The notes beneath the pieces are model-generated. The model was not told the DNA's origin, searched no databases, and saw nothing but the letters and a program-made list of their open reading frames with translations. From contig JAUCBJ010008313.1 in NCBI GenBank assembly GCA_032718475.1, positions 193,771-257,770 of the forward strand: a stretch of DNA of 64,000 nucleotides, given 5' to 3'. This DNA is from Nemertoderma westbladi (taxonomy: Eukaryota > Animalia > Xenacoelomorpha). The position numbers were made by a program, and so were the translations under genes. Within the stretch, counting starts at the first letter, position 1, and every line of letters begins with the position of its first letter. Shown piece after piece: positions 12,540 through 25,632 of the stretch.

Positions 12540-13750
12540 GGTTCCCAGTGATAATCCCTAGTCACCCAATAGAATTGCAAAGAGCGATTCTATGGGATAT
12601 ACACAAGAGGTTGCATCACGCGGGAAAGTTACACTGTTTGTCGGCAGCGAGACAGCGATTCATTCTATTGCAGCCAAGCAGAGCAGTAGGCACTATGTAC
12701 GACGCCTGTCTGGTTTGCAAGAGAGTGAACGCCAGAGTATTGGAACAGGAGATGGCTTAACTCCCGGAAGCGAGAGTGCAGGCATATGACCCACCCTTTA
12801 CAAATACAGGGGTGGACTGCTTTGGTCCGACTGAGGCAAAGAGTGGACGGCTGACCCACAAGCGATGGGGCCTGCTACTGATATGCATGGCTAGTAGAGC
12901 CATACATATCGAGCATGTGGCAGACATGTCGACCAAATCTCTGCTCCTGGCCTTAAAGAGATTTATGGCCAGGAGAGGACTAGTAAAGGCGTTTTACTCT
13001 GACAAGGGTACTAACTTTGTCGGAGGGAATAGCGAGTTAAACGCGGCTCACAGGGTGGCGCAGAATAGAGAAATTTCTGCAGCACTTTTGCCGCAAAGAG
13101 TAGAGTGGCGATTTAACACTCCAGAAAGTCCTTGGAGAGGAGGAAGTTGGGAGCGTTTGGTTCGTTCCATAAAGCAGGCTATTGCTAAGACGTTGCCTGT
13201 AAACAAACAACTTACCGACGACGAGCTGGTCACAGCTTTCATCGAAATCGAGCATACACTAAACTCGAGGCTGATAGCTATGTTACCAGACGGTGTTGCT
13301 TTAACGCCGAATCATTTGCTAATGCAGAGTCCAGCATTTCTTGTGCCGGCATCAGAACCCATTAGTGCCGACCTATACAGTCGTAAGAGCTGGAAAATAA
13401 CACAATTTGTCGCGTACACATTCTGGGAATACATATCCATATCCACCAGATCGAAATGGTACAAAAAGATTTGGAGCCTCCAAAGAGGAGACTATGTATT
13501 GATAACTGAACCCGTTGTCAAGAGAAAATATTGGGAAACAGGTGTCATCTTGCACATACACCCAGACGTGCAAAATATAGTGTGCACAGTCACTGTGAAA
13601 ATTAGGTACAAGTGTCCGCACCCAAAGAAGTGTAAAACTAATGGTTTACACACCTTGGACTGACCGTTCCAAGATATCGTGTTATTAGAAGAGACACGCA
13701 TCGAGACAGGAGATTATAATTTGTCTCCTGCCTCAAACCAAAATTAGTGT
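12540..13750 (+). pseudogene. pol: Bel/Pao integrase (HHCC, DDE core, DUF5641-like C-terminus), with in-frame stop at 12758
   Basis: IHKRLHHAG...CLVC; PFTNTGVDCFGP; C..SRAIHIE; SDKGTNFVG; PWRGGSWERLVRSIK; LTPNHLL; GDYVLI. Confidence 0.92.
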
Positions 13751-14479
13751 TGGACGCATCTCACTTCGTATGCATTCCTCGTATGCAAATACTAGGAAAT
13801 GCATAGGAGCGGGTTTGCGGTGATTTGCGTGAGAATTTGTCTGGTGGGTATCAAAATAAAATTTTATTTTCAAAATTTTTGGAAAATTAAAAAATTTAAA
13901 AAATTAGAAGTGAACCCAAGACAATTCCAAATGCTGTGTATAGACGCGTTTTAGAATTCGTCTATAGAGATACAGTAATTTGAAAAGTCGTGAAGCCTGG
14001 AAAATAGCATTTAGAAACCATGGTGAAGGCTATATTACATAGGAGTGTAAATTGAGTTTAGCAATTTCCACAGATTGGTGCCAACAGTACAACAACCAAG
14101 GTGCTAAAGGTTAGTAGCACCAGAGGCGTACACGGACCCCACTCAGTAGTTTGCAGTGAAGTGAGATGTTCGATTATCAAACCTGCGGGTTTGGTATAGT
14201 CGAGCACTGAGACTATTGTCCTTTCTAACTACTGTAGTTTAGTACAAGTAATGGGAGTAGTTTGGGCATCAAAAAGTGAGTTGGTCACGGCCAGTTTATC
14301 TCCAAAGTTTTGCGCTATGCATGGGAATTGGTTAGAGGATAGTTAGGAATGAGACGGGATCTAGAGAGTCGAATCTGAACTGCTGGAAGGCGGGGGGGTT
14401 CGGGAGGTCTGTCCTTCGGCGGCATCTAACTGATTTACCCACAGTGTAATTAGTTACGTAACGGACCCTATTGGGATAT

Positions 14480-17400
14480 ATGTATGTATATACGCGGCTT
14501 ATAATGGAGAAGGAAATTAGAGCTCAACTGCGGAGAGGATTTACTGCCAGAGAGGAGGCGGAACTACCATTTGCCCGACCCGGGTGCAAAGACTCGAACG
14601 TTTACTACCATGGGAGGTCGGTAATGGAATTGAATAGGAAGTATAAACCCGCGTATGATAAAGAATTGAGGAGGGAAAGAATGAGAGCGTTGGGAGACCG
14701 TATGGAAGTTTTGCGGAAGGAGTATCGCACTCGGTATCCCTACGATTTTGCGTTAGACGTATGCGACATTAGTGCAGACCCGGACGAGGAGATCGCGCGG
14801 CTGTACCATATGAACATGTTTTTACGACACGACGAACCTCTACCTGCAGTCCGAGATCAGTTCGACGGAATGCATCTGTACCGGAGGACTCGAGGCAAGG
14901 ATCAAGAGACGCCAAAGGTCTTCAGTGTATACAAGTAGTTCTACAAATGTGGTGAATGCATGAATAAACAAGACGTGGCGATTCCCGATCGACTGGACAA
15001 GCAACATCCTGAACCGATATTAACGCGATGTCAAGCTCACCAGTTCCTTAGATACAACGAGGGAGGTTACCCAATGAGCAACCCGATGATCAGTATCGAC
15101 TTCAGCGGAAAGCGACCTCCGAGACCCATTACGCCGACCATTACGACATTAGATCCATATACGGAGATTAAACCCTGTTCGACACCCAGTTTGATAGAGA
15201 CGTCAGCGGCCATTTCGCTATACCGAGCCTATAAGGACCTAGAGGCGCGGCGCGAAGCGGCACGGGACTCGGGAACCAAACCCGCGGGTTTGGAGCTCTC
15301 GAGTCCCTGGACTACGTTTACTTCGCCTCACCGAGCGAGAAATCTCACGCCTGAGCATCAGGACGACATAGACGCGTTGCGGCAGGAGGATCGAGCGGCG
15401 AAGGCGAAACAATTATTCGAAGAGCGGGTAGCGGAGTATAATAAGACCGCGGATGACATCAGGAGGAGACGAGGAGAGTGACCGGATTTGTTCCACAGGC
15501 CGTATCTCAACCCCGAACGGTGTATTATTCCGACGGCAACGAACCTGCAATATTGGTAGATCACCCAGAGTCGCGAGAAGCGATTAGATTCTTGCCGATG
15601 GTGAGGATGTCGGATCATTGGAACGTCGAATGTCTACGGGAAGTTTTATGCGCGAAGTTCTTGCGTGATGTCCCGATGCAGATCACAGACTACGACACGC
15701 TTGACAAGATTGGAGCTCCGGGAAAGGAGAGCAAGTTGTTTGGATGGTTGGATAAGTACATAAAGGTATGGGTCGCGGTGGCTACATTCCCAGACGATGA
15801 GGAGGTAGACCAGACGTGGCTGAGGAGAAAGGGTTCTTACACCCGATATGATGACCACAAGGCTATCGAGCGCATGTGGGTGGACCCCATCCCATCCGAC
15901 GAGATTCAGCGTCAGTGGAGGAAAACGGAGGAATCACTACAGGATTGGAGAGTGATGTTCTACGACAATGAAGGAGGTTCTCATCAAGAATGCTTAACTA
16001 GCAAGTGCATTCAAATTCGCACGGCAGATGGTGTGACTCATGTGTTTATGCGCGTAAGGGCGGACCGAGAGAGACTGGAGCCCATAATAACGACACAATA
16101 TCGTAAAGGGAAGGATCCCAGAGAACAGATTTTGGAGGTATGCAGGCGAGGAGGTATGCACGGAGCGGGGCGTATCGACGCCAGGATGCTACCCAAGAAG
16201 GTTAGAGAGGCGATTCTCAACCAAGATTACGTCAAGGTGGGATCGGGAGTCCAGAGCGATTTGGAGAGTGACTTCAACGCCATGACTGATTTGGAAGATA
16301 GATTGCCGAGACCGTTTGTCGACACCAAGCTATTGTTGCTATGGGCACAGGATATTGGAATTTATAGGGAGTATCCCAACTCTGCCAAGACTGGTTTGGG
16401 TTTCATAGCGCATTTGTTGTATAATTGGGACTTCAAGTTGAAGATGCAGAAGAGATACGAGGAGGCGTATGGTGAATATAACACGCCACCGGGAGCGGAG
16501 TTCAAATCCCACTTCAAGCGGCAAGCGTTAGTGTATTGGAGCATCTGCGCGCCACCCTGTGTGTCACTGCAATATTATTTGGTGCTTGAGTCGAACACGG
16601 TAACTTGTTTATTAGCGGATATAGTTGCGCGAGTTTTGAAGCATCATCCATTGGTATTCGGAGGAGATCAATATGTTCACTTGAAAGGGGGAATCCAATC
16701 TGATGTGATGAAGCGTTTCTTAACCCCGTTCTTCAACCAATCATTAGAGAATACGTCGATGGTTAGGAGAGGATTAGCGATATTTGAAGGAATATATCGA
16801 CAGAACATCGGAGATTTGGGAGACCGACCGTCGATGGAGTATCCGACGCCAGAGGCCTTGGAGAAGTGGTTCGGGAATCAAACCCGCGGGTTTGGTACTC
16901 CCTTCCACTCGGAGGCTGATAGACCTGTTAGAGAGGGTTGGCCGGAGATGTTAGTAGAGGTATTCGGAGTGGATCTTCCGGTGGAGAAGACATATGAACG
17001 CGGGAGGAAATATTGGAGATAGAGGACAAGGGCGAGGATGTTTACTTTGTTCCGGATCGACAACCTCTGACCGGAGAGGACGACAACATATTAGACATTG
17101 GGAAAGAAGGAACTGCGAAACCGATTGGAGACCTCATATATGAGGGGGCCTGGTTTCCACAAGCGCGTAGGTGCAAGTTGTGCGGCAGCACAAGGCACAA
17201 TCAAAAATCAAGTGACGCAGTAGTAGAGGCGGCGCATAAGGTCTGCCGTTGGTGTAATGAGACCGACCATTCGTTTCATACGTGCACCGTCTTCATTTCT
17301 CAATGTGGATATTGTGGGGTAAAGGGACATCGTAGCGCGAGATGCCAACTGCGAGACGATTCCTTCCAAAACCATAGCGCCAACCTACTTCGGGAGATGC

Positions 17401-18205
17401 TAGATAAGTGGGAGGGTGTGGCCGATTACCACATCCAAGCGCAGATGCGTTGGTTACCGTTTAAAGCAGGATACAGATTTTGGGCAGTAGACCCATCACA
17501 CGTTGCGTATGAGCCGTATCTACAGTCGTTACCACAATATCAGGAGCTAATATTGACCGCTCAAGATCTTCCGCAGAACACTGGAGTCATCGGGAATACT
17601 TCAGACAGTTAAACATGGATAACAAATATACTTGGAACTTTGTTGCTATTTGCGACCATATAACGAAAGGTCTATTTTTGGAAACTAGAAAGGTGGTGCG
17701 CGCGCGAGGAGATTGGAGGATGGCGGCTATACAATACCATAACGAGTTCCTATTGACTCACGTACCGGTGGGGTCATTGACCGTTGAGAGGATCAAGGAA
17801 CAGCGAACCGCAGCGCCCACAGCGACAACCGTTGGAGCTCAAGGCTTGCGGAGAGAACCAGGAGGAGAGGTCCAAGACAAGCATCAAGTCAAGGACGACC
17901 ACTATCATTCAATTATAGAGGCACAATGATTGCAGTGCATGGCTCAAGGCACGTCCGAGAAAGCGCGTGTGCAATTGCAGAAGGAAGAGTTGGCGGAAGC
18001 GACCACAGGAGCACGACAATTGGGACGAGGCCGAGGGAGAAGCACCAGCCGGGAATCAGTCGGGGCTCAGGGAACATCGTCGCCGGTTCCGGGGAGTGAC
18101 GCCTCACAGACGCCGTCAACAGAGTCTACAGGGGGTAGACTGGTGTATCTGGGAAGGGGGCGGAAGAGAGGAGCGAGCCCGAAGAACCCAGGAGCAGGTC
18201 GGTAA
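14480..18205 (+). pseudogene. Accessory ORF (copy 1) in the env position: unknown N-terminal region, DEDDy WRN/EXD/Mut-7-like 3'-5' exonuclease, three CCHC knuckles, basic RG-rich tail
   Basis: Pieces 14471-14938, 14960-15481, 15478-17022, 17013-17612, 17615-17929 and 17930-18205 join using copy 2. FYDNEG (ExoI), CIQI, ILNQDYVKVGSGVQSD (ExoII), FVDT, GLGFIAHLL, W...LQYYLVLES (ExoIII-like); CKLCGSTRHNQKS[S/C], CRWCNETDHSFHTC, CGYCGVKGHRSARC. Confidence 0.75.
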
Positions 18206-18730
18206 TGCAAGCGTATCATGGAGCGACAGACTCTAGATATATACATCATCGTCGCTCTGATGTATATTGTAGCATTTTTGTAAATATCCGACTGGACTCA
18301 TATATACTAGTTGTAATAATTTGAATTTATATTATGAGAGAGGCGAAGGAGGTGATTGGGGAGACAAACCTGCGGGTTTGGCTTACTCGTTTCACCTACC
18401 CTAGCAAGTTTTATAGAGAAAGCAGTATTTTTATAAATTTAATTTGTATGTAGTAAGTAGTAATCATTATGTAGAACGAACGAGAAAGCAATATTTTTGT
18501 AAATTTAATTTGTATGTAATAATCGTTGACATTGAAAGAGATAATATTTTGTAAATTTAATTTGTATGCAATCCATTATGCAATATCTATGGCAATATTT
18601 GTAAATAGTAGAATTATTATAGTATCAAGTTATTTAGATTATTTGAAAGCAAATTTATTTTGTTTTGTATACATCGCCCTATACTCTTCTACAATTGGAG
18701 GGAAACATTGCTTGATTTCACTTGGAGCGG

Positions 18731-20968
18731 TGTTACGGTATATGGCGCTGTACCTACATTAGTCCGTTATACAGTATAATATATTAGCCGTTATACAGTA
18801 TAATATATTAGCCGTTATACAGTATAATATATTAGCCGTTATACAGTATAATATATTAGCCGTTGTACAGTATAATTATTTAGATAAGACATAATAACGC
18901 GCAATGACATTTAGATAAGGAAAATAAAACGCCCATATATTTGAATTCATCCATTTTGTATAGTATGTAGCCCTACCTACGTAATTTTGTAATAGGATAT
19001 AAGTAAATAGTTCCAGGGTAGCAAGTTTCCTGTTGGACCCTTGATATAAGCTTGCTGTTATTAGCCTCAATAGGGCTAGCTATGTATTGGTCTTAATTTT
19101 CTTTATAATTGCGCTAAATTAATCTTTGTGCATCATATTATTACTACCGCTAAATTAAGCATCGCCAAAATTACCATATATGGTAATAATTTGTGATTTC
19201 GGGAGCGAGAGGTTCACAATCCGGCTTCCTTATTGGCCTAAATGCTTCCAGGTTGGTCTAATGGTAGCGCGGATTGGGGAGCCAATGAGAGAGCGATTGC
19301 ATCATCCTCCGTGAATCACCTATAAATAGGCGGTATTTCCGGTATGTGCTTTGTAATTCTTTGTAATTTGTAACCCTAGTCGTAATTTAGACTAATTATT
19401 CTGTATTTTGCGTATTTCTGCCTTTTCCAATTATTTCTTGTAATAATTTTGCTAATTTGTAATCTCTGCTGATTTCTTGGTGTGTTTCTCAATCAATCCC
19501 AATGATTACTGTTAATTACAACTGGAACTATGATTTCTACCCTTTAGTTGATGGTTCTATGTGATTCCTTTCGATGCAATAATCCCACGGGATTTTCTTA
19601 GACTGTCAGACTTTGTGATTTGCATGCGCCGTTACGGTAGCTACCCATTAGATGGAGGGCTGAGGTACCGGTAGGCGCGGCGGGCGCATCGGGGGGTTAG
19701 CGACGAAGGGAGTGCGGAGAATTCAAAGGCAGGCAACGCTGGCGGGGAGGTCACCGTTTCGGTCGGTCAGTTAGTATTGTAGAGTGAAGACCGCTCGCTG
19801 GTACAGTAATTAAGGGCTGATGATCCAGATTTTGTCTCTATTATGTAGTATTAGGGGGGCAGGAATTGGGTTAGTTAGGAAGCCTAGATGTACCCGGGAG
19901 AGGCCTGCGTGCTTTATATTGCGAGCTAAACTGTAGACTACGTCGCAAACTACTTGCGAAATGTAGATTGCGAGTTGTGAACTGTGAATTGCTGACTGCT
20001 GATTGTGAATTGTGCATTAAGAACTATAATTGGTAAGTATAAACTATTGATTGTTACGCTGATTGGTGTGTTACTAAAGTGTGCCTAATAAATCACGAAT
20101 GCTTAGATAGGTGCTCTTTTCCCTTTGATTGATTTCTATTTCTTAGTTTACTATAAATAATTACTGATTAGGTCGAAAATAATACGGTATTTGGACTGTT
20201 ACTAGTGCAACCTGTTACGTAATAAATTAGAATTACGCATTCTGGAACACTTAGTAATTAGTACGCTGTTGCATATTTGTGACTGTAATTAATTAGTAAA
20301 ATTAAGAATTTGTATGCAGCATAGTGGAGAGTAGTTAAGGTAATAATTTGGAGTACAGTAAACTATTCACTCTGGGCGGTTATTTGAAATCAGCGGGCAA
20401 TAAGTTAGATCGCAGTATCTAGTACGCAGCACGCATTAGTAAATTGCTGGCCTAAAGCCAGCCGGAGGCAAGTTTAGTCCCATAGTAGGTATCATTCCCT
20501 GATATAAAAACTGTACCAATTTTTTGATTATTTAAATATTCTCACATTCACATTCTGTTAGGGAACCCCAGTATTTGCGATTAGAAAAGACGTAATTATT
20601 AGCGCGTTTTAACAGTAAAATTAGGCCATAAGAATACACTCTGAGTGTAAAGCCTCTCACACTCGTCTTAAGTAAGCTTAGGGAGCCGATTCGGGTTTAT
20701 TGTTTTGGTTATTCCCGCGTGGCTCATATGTTCGAACAGTTAGCTCTCTATCGAGCAATCGGTAGAGAAAGGAACAAGCGATTAGCAGGAGCCGTAGAAA
20801 ATTAGTAAAATATATTAGCGGACGGCAGGTTAGCGCCATCCAACAGTAAGTAGCGGTTTTGTATTTAGCAGCCCTACAGTAGTAATAGCACGCTCCTGAT
20901 TACCCCTGTTTAACAGTAGAGCAGTCTTTGTGTCTTTATTGGTTAGGCAGGGACCCGCTAGTTTAACA
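18731..20968 (+). repeat. LTR 2 (shared middle LTR, 2238 bp)
   Basis: TGTTACGG...GTTTAACA, preceded by the element's 3' UTR (..cttggagcgg) and followed by the same 5' leader as LTR1; no TSD on either side. Confidence 0.95.
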
Positions 20969-22031
20969 GTAAAGCGCGTTATTTTGTTTTGCTGTACTGC
21001 GTACAGTAAGACAAAGTGTATTTTTAGGCTGTTAGGTTAGATTACTGTATTCACTAGTCGCAATACAGTAGTACAGTAGTGCATTAGGCTGATTGCTGTT
21101 ACTGCGTACGGTAGAAAAGACATTTGTTTTGCTGTACCACATACAGTATTCATTAGGCTGTTAGCTTGGTGTACTATTTTACTCACTGTACTGTGTACAG
21201 TGGATGTACGGTAGTGTGTTTACTAATCGCAAATACAGCAGTTCATTAGGCCGTTAAGGCAAGCTGTAATTAGTAAGTTTTTGAAAATTTTAGCTAGGTT
21301 TGTGAGAATTCAGTTTTGTTCAAAATTATTTTGTAATAAAATCTAGAGTTTTGTACCGGTATGTTAGATAACCGCTTAGTTGTTTTATACCATCTGGAGA
21401 TACATGGCAAGACAGAGCTTCTGAGTTTGGGGTTCGTGTGGGACTGCGGGTTCGGTTTGCAATCAGCGAAGAGCCTGAAACTTTGGACACTGCCGTGGAA
21501 TCTCACAGCAAACAAGGTTAGTTGTTCTGTTGGCACCATTGTGTTTGCGGAAGCAGTATAAAATTACCGGTTGTTTAACTGCGAAGCTGAACTCAATTTA
21601 TTAGTTAGGTTAGTTAGGTTTAGCCGACCATGGTTTTTTGAATCGTTCAAGTTAGAGAGAGAGAGAGAGAGAGAGTCGCAACCCGAAGGTGTAGCCACGC
21701 GCAAGTGGATACATATAATATTTGAAATTAAAATTGCGTTGATTAGAGCTATATATATAAAATTAGAAATATTTGGGTGGCAAGTTCATTTTTGAATATT
21801 TTGAATTAGATTCAGAAATTATTTTGTGTCATACCGGTATTTAAATGCTATATAATAGCTATGGAATAAGATTTTTTCATTATATTCACAATATTGTATT
21901 GCGAATTTATTTGACATTTTGTGACCAACTAATTATTTGACAAATAATTTAATCGTATTTTCGATTAAATTATATATATATCTCGAATTTTTTGCGAGAT
22001 TTTGGCCGGAAGGCAAAATATTATTTAGACT

Positions 22032-25000
22032 ATGAGTGTCTCAGAGAAAGAGGCACTAGAGGACAGCAATGAGACGGCGGCTGGACCGCCGACTGACGAT
22101 AGTGTTAATATTACTGTTGACGACAATGCCGACTATGACGACGCAGCGAGCGACGCTGACGTAAGTGAACAGGAGGACGAGACAGTAATCAGTGAGGAAG
22201 AGCAAGGTGAGCGAATAGTATTAGGATCCCCTACCACTACTGTAAGGAAGGATTGTACAACAGCCCGGCCAGAGGCGAGTGATAGGGAGAGTAGTGTAGC
22301 AAAAGCGAGAGCCCGGAGCCCGGTTTCCAGACCTGTGGGTATGGCAAGTGCCGTGGTCCCAGCGGCTATAAGGAGTACCCGTAGTTCCCGAAATAATCCT
22401 TCAAGTCCACCAAGTGTGAGTCAGGTAAGCGAGAGAGAACTAGACATCGCGATAAAGAAGAAACTTCGCGCGCATGCTGGACATATAACCCAGACGGCGG
22501 ATAAGGTAAGAAAGATGCTAGCCGACTCTGGTAACATCGGAAGGGAAGGGTTAGTAGAGATTAGAAAGGGATACTACTCAGCGTTATTCAAACAGACGGA
22601 GGAGCTTGCAGTCCTAGCAAAGAGCGCAGTGGAGTCTCAGTCGAGCGACGTGGCGACGAGGGTTTACGATAGGGTTTTAGCAGCCTTGTTGGAGCACCGC
22701 GCGTTATCGGAGCGATTCCGACGAGTTAGGATGGAGAAATGGCTGCTATGGGAATCACAAGCGCAGGCGACTCAGGTGAGTGATGCAGAGTTGAGAAACT
22801 TAGTGGAGCGGGGAGAGATGCAGGATAAGGATGAGCGCAGGTATCAGAGGGAAGTTACCAGCTGGCTGATGCAGAGTGGAGTGGTGGTACTGGGTCAGGT
22901 GCTGCCGACGACGGACAATATCCAACAGAGGACGTTAACTCCACCCGACAATGCATCTAGAGACAGTGGCGATTCCCAGGTTAGTCACGCGCGAGGAAAG
23001 GACGCGTAAGAACGCCTGTCCCTACAATTTATAATCCCAACTTCGAGAACTCGGCGGAAAAGTTTATACAAGAAGCCTGGGTCAGGGCTTTGGCGCGCAA
23101 ACCAACGTGAGTGCTAAGGACTGACACAGACTCAAGCGATGAAGAGGAAGGAACGTCAGAAGTCCCAAAACCATAAGGAAAGAAGGACCGACGCGGAGCA
23201 GGTAAGTTTGAACCACCGGGAAAGGACCAGACTTAATAACCCTGCAGAACTAAACCATTTGTTAACCCGGAACGACGCAACCCTTAGAGACATAGGTAAG
23301 TTTGCCGCTAGGCAAGGACTGCCAACGCAACAACCCCAGAAGTTTATGGGTAACCATAAACATTGGAGGACGTTCAAAACCTATGTCGACGAACAGCTGA
23401 CCAACAGCACCTTTACTCCCAACGAGAAGTTCAACTATTTCCTTCAAATGCTCCATCGAGAACCTAGAGCCATTGCTGACAACTTCGTGGGCAATGAAAG
23501 AGCATTCGAGTTAGCAATAAAGATGCTTAGCGACATCTACGGGAATAAAACCAAGATGGCACAGTCGATAGTGGAAGACTTGGGTAAGGGCGGAAGGATT
23601 ACAACTCCGTTAGAGCTGTTGAACTTAGCGAACGCTATTTCGAACGCATTAGACATCTTGAGGATGCTGAATCTACCTCATCATGGTGATCACGCCGAAG
23701 TTTTGAAGAGCATAATAAGACATTTAAACATGCGTTACCGACAGAAATGGCACAAATTAGAGAATAAATTAGAGGGTCAAGGTAAAGTGTTGACACTTCA
23801 ACATATCCATGACATGATAGCCACAGACGCAGTAGCAGAGATGAAATCAAACTTCTCAGAGGAGAATATGAGAGAGTCTAAACCTGTTACCGTTAAGTCT
23901 ATGGTAAGTTTTGATGATGACAGGACCACTGTGACATTTAACTCAGTAGACAGATATAATTCGAGTACCCCTGCCTTTAGATCAGACTCACGAGTATGGT
24001 CAGGTGAGCAGTTAGATAGACCTAAGTTAAAGCAACAGGAGTTACCGGTTGGATTTGTAGGTTGCCAATTCTGCTTACTAAAGGAGGTAAGATCTGACGA
24101 CCATAAGTTAGACAGTTGCAGACGGTTCAAAGAATTAACTTCGGAACAGAGAAGAGTTCAAGTGCGGACGTTGGACACCTGTTGGGCATGTCTTGCGCCA
24201 GGTCCTGTACGGCGACAGTGCCCGAACAGTAAGGACGGATGCATGGAATGCGGCAGACTACATCACAAGTTGCTACATGCGGATTTCCATACCCCAATGG
24301 AACGTTACTTACAGAGAAATCCTCAAAGGAAGGGGAGCAGAGATCCCGTATCGATAAGGAGAAATACGTACACTGGCATCAGGACGATGGTCATCAACCA
24401 GGTTCGTCGGACGAGGATGGCGAGTCGAGCGCGAGAGAGGTGACCTGCCAAGGTTTCACTGCGGATAGTTCATCGACCAGCGCGCGGACGTATTTATCAT
24501 CGGCCACGTCGGAGATATTTAGCGTGATTCCGGTGAAACTTACTGGCGAAAAAGGATCGAAGAGAATATATGTGATGTTGGACACTGCATCCACATTATC
24601 TTATATCGACGAGGAAGTGGCGAGAGCTGTTTCTAGTTTCCAGGACGCAGAGGAGATCCGAATAGAGTTAAAGTCCATGCACGGGGTAGGGGACCTCAAG
24701 GGACACAGAATTTCGGTAGAACTAGACTCCCTACTTCCAAGAGACCAGCACACTCGACAAGAACGGAGAGCGCTGCCATTGGACGGATTTAAGTGTCTAG
24801 CTATGAAGGGGTTCGGCAGGCAGTTAGGTAAGGTGCCGCCGATGAGTCCCATAGCATAGGAGTATTTTGACAAGCTCAAAGTACCGAGACACCAGGTAGG
24901 TTATAGGAATGTTTCTATGTTGATTGGTGCAGAACAGCTGATCGCACAGCAAATATGGGAAACGAGACCAGCTGAGCCACATGTAAATGGACCACATGCC

Positions 25001-25517
25001 CATAGGACTATATTAGGTTGGTATACACGAGTACCCATGGTATGGTAACGAGACCAGCTGAGCCGCATGTAAATGGACCACATGCCTATAGGACTATATT
25101 AGGTTGGAATACACGAGTACCCATGGTATACAGGTGGTGACAAGCCAAAGGATAGATACAACAGATTACAGCCTATAACTCAACCACCGTTAGTAGAACC
25201 ACCAGACATAGACGAGTTTAGGAGAACCTGTATTGACCACTATAGTGATGTTAGCGAGTCTGACGAGGAGTTGATTCCCGATAATGTTAGGTTGTCGGAA
25301 CCACTCTACAATGACCGGACAGATAGTGAACCCGAGGACTACTGTTATCAGACCCGTGGGTCTGGTTCAGCGGCCCATGCTACCTACTTGAGTAACGTTT
25401 TGACTTATACCGATATAGTGGATGGTCAGGTGGCTAAATATCGAGACCTCGACATTTTCCAAAACAGTGAGGAGGAGTTGCAGAAGGAATTGATACGCCA
25501 GGACCTCGAGACAGGAG
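22032..25517 (+). pseudogene. gag: Bel/Pao gag-protease (copy 2), internally deleted; RT, RNase H and IN absent
   Basis: ORFs 22032-23009, 23139-24443 (KFMGNHKHWRTF, EKFNYF, knuckles) and 24239-24859 (LDTAS). ~1.2-kb deletion at ~23002; ~4.35-kb deletion at 25517 joining copy-1 equivalents 10010 and 14365; ~87-bp tandem duplication at ~24961-25130. Confidence 0.9.
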
Positions 25518-25632
25518 AGAGTCGAATCTGAACTGCTGGAAGGCGGGGGGGTTCGGGAGGTCTGTCCTTCGGCGGCATCTAACTGATTTACCTGCAGTGT
25601 AATTAATTACGTAACGGACCCTATTGGGATAT

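Noticed and set aside
14480-18205. env gene
   Set aside because: No signal peptide, fusion peptide or TM anchor; exonuclease and CCHC motifs instead.
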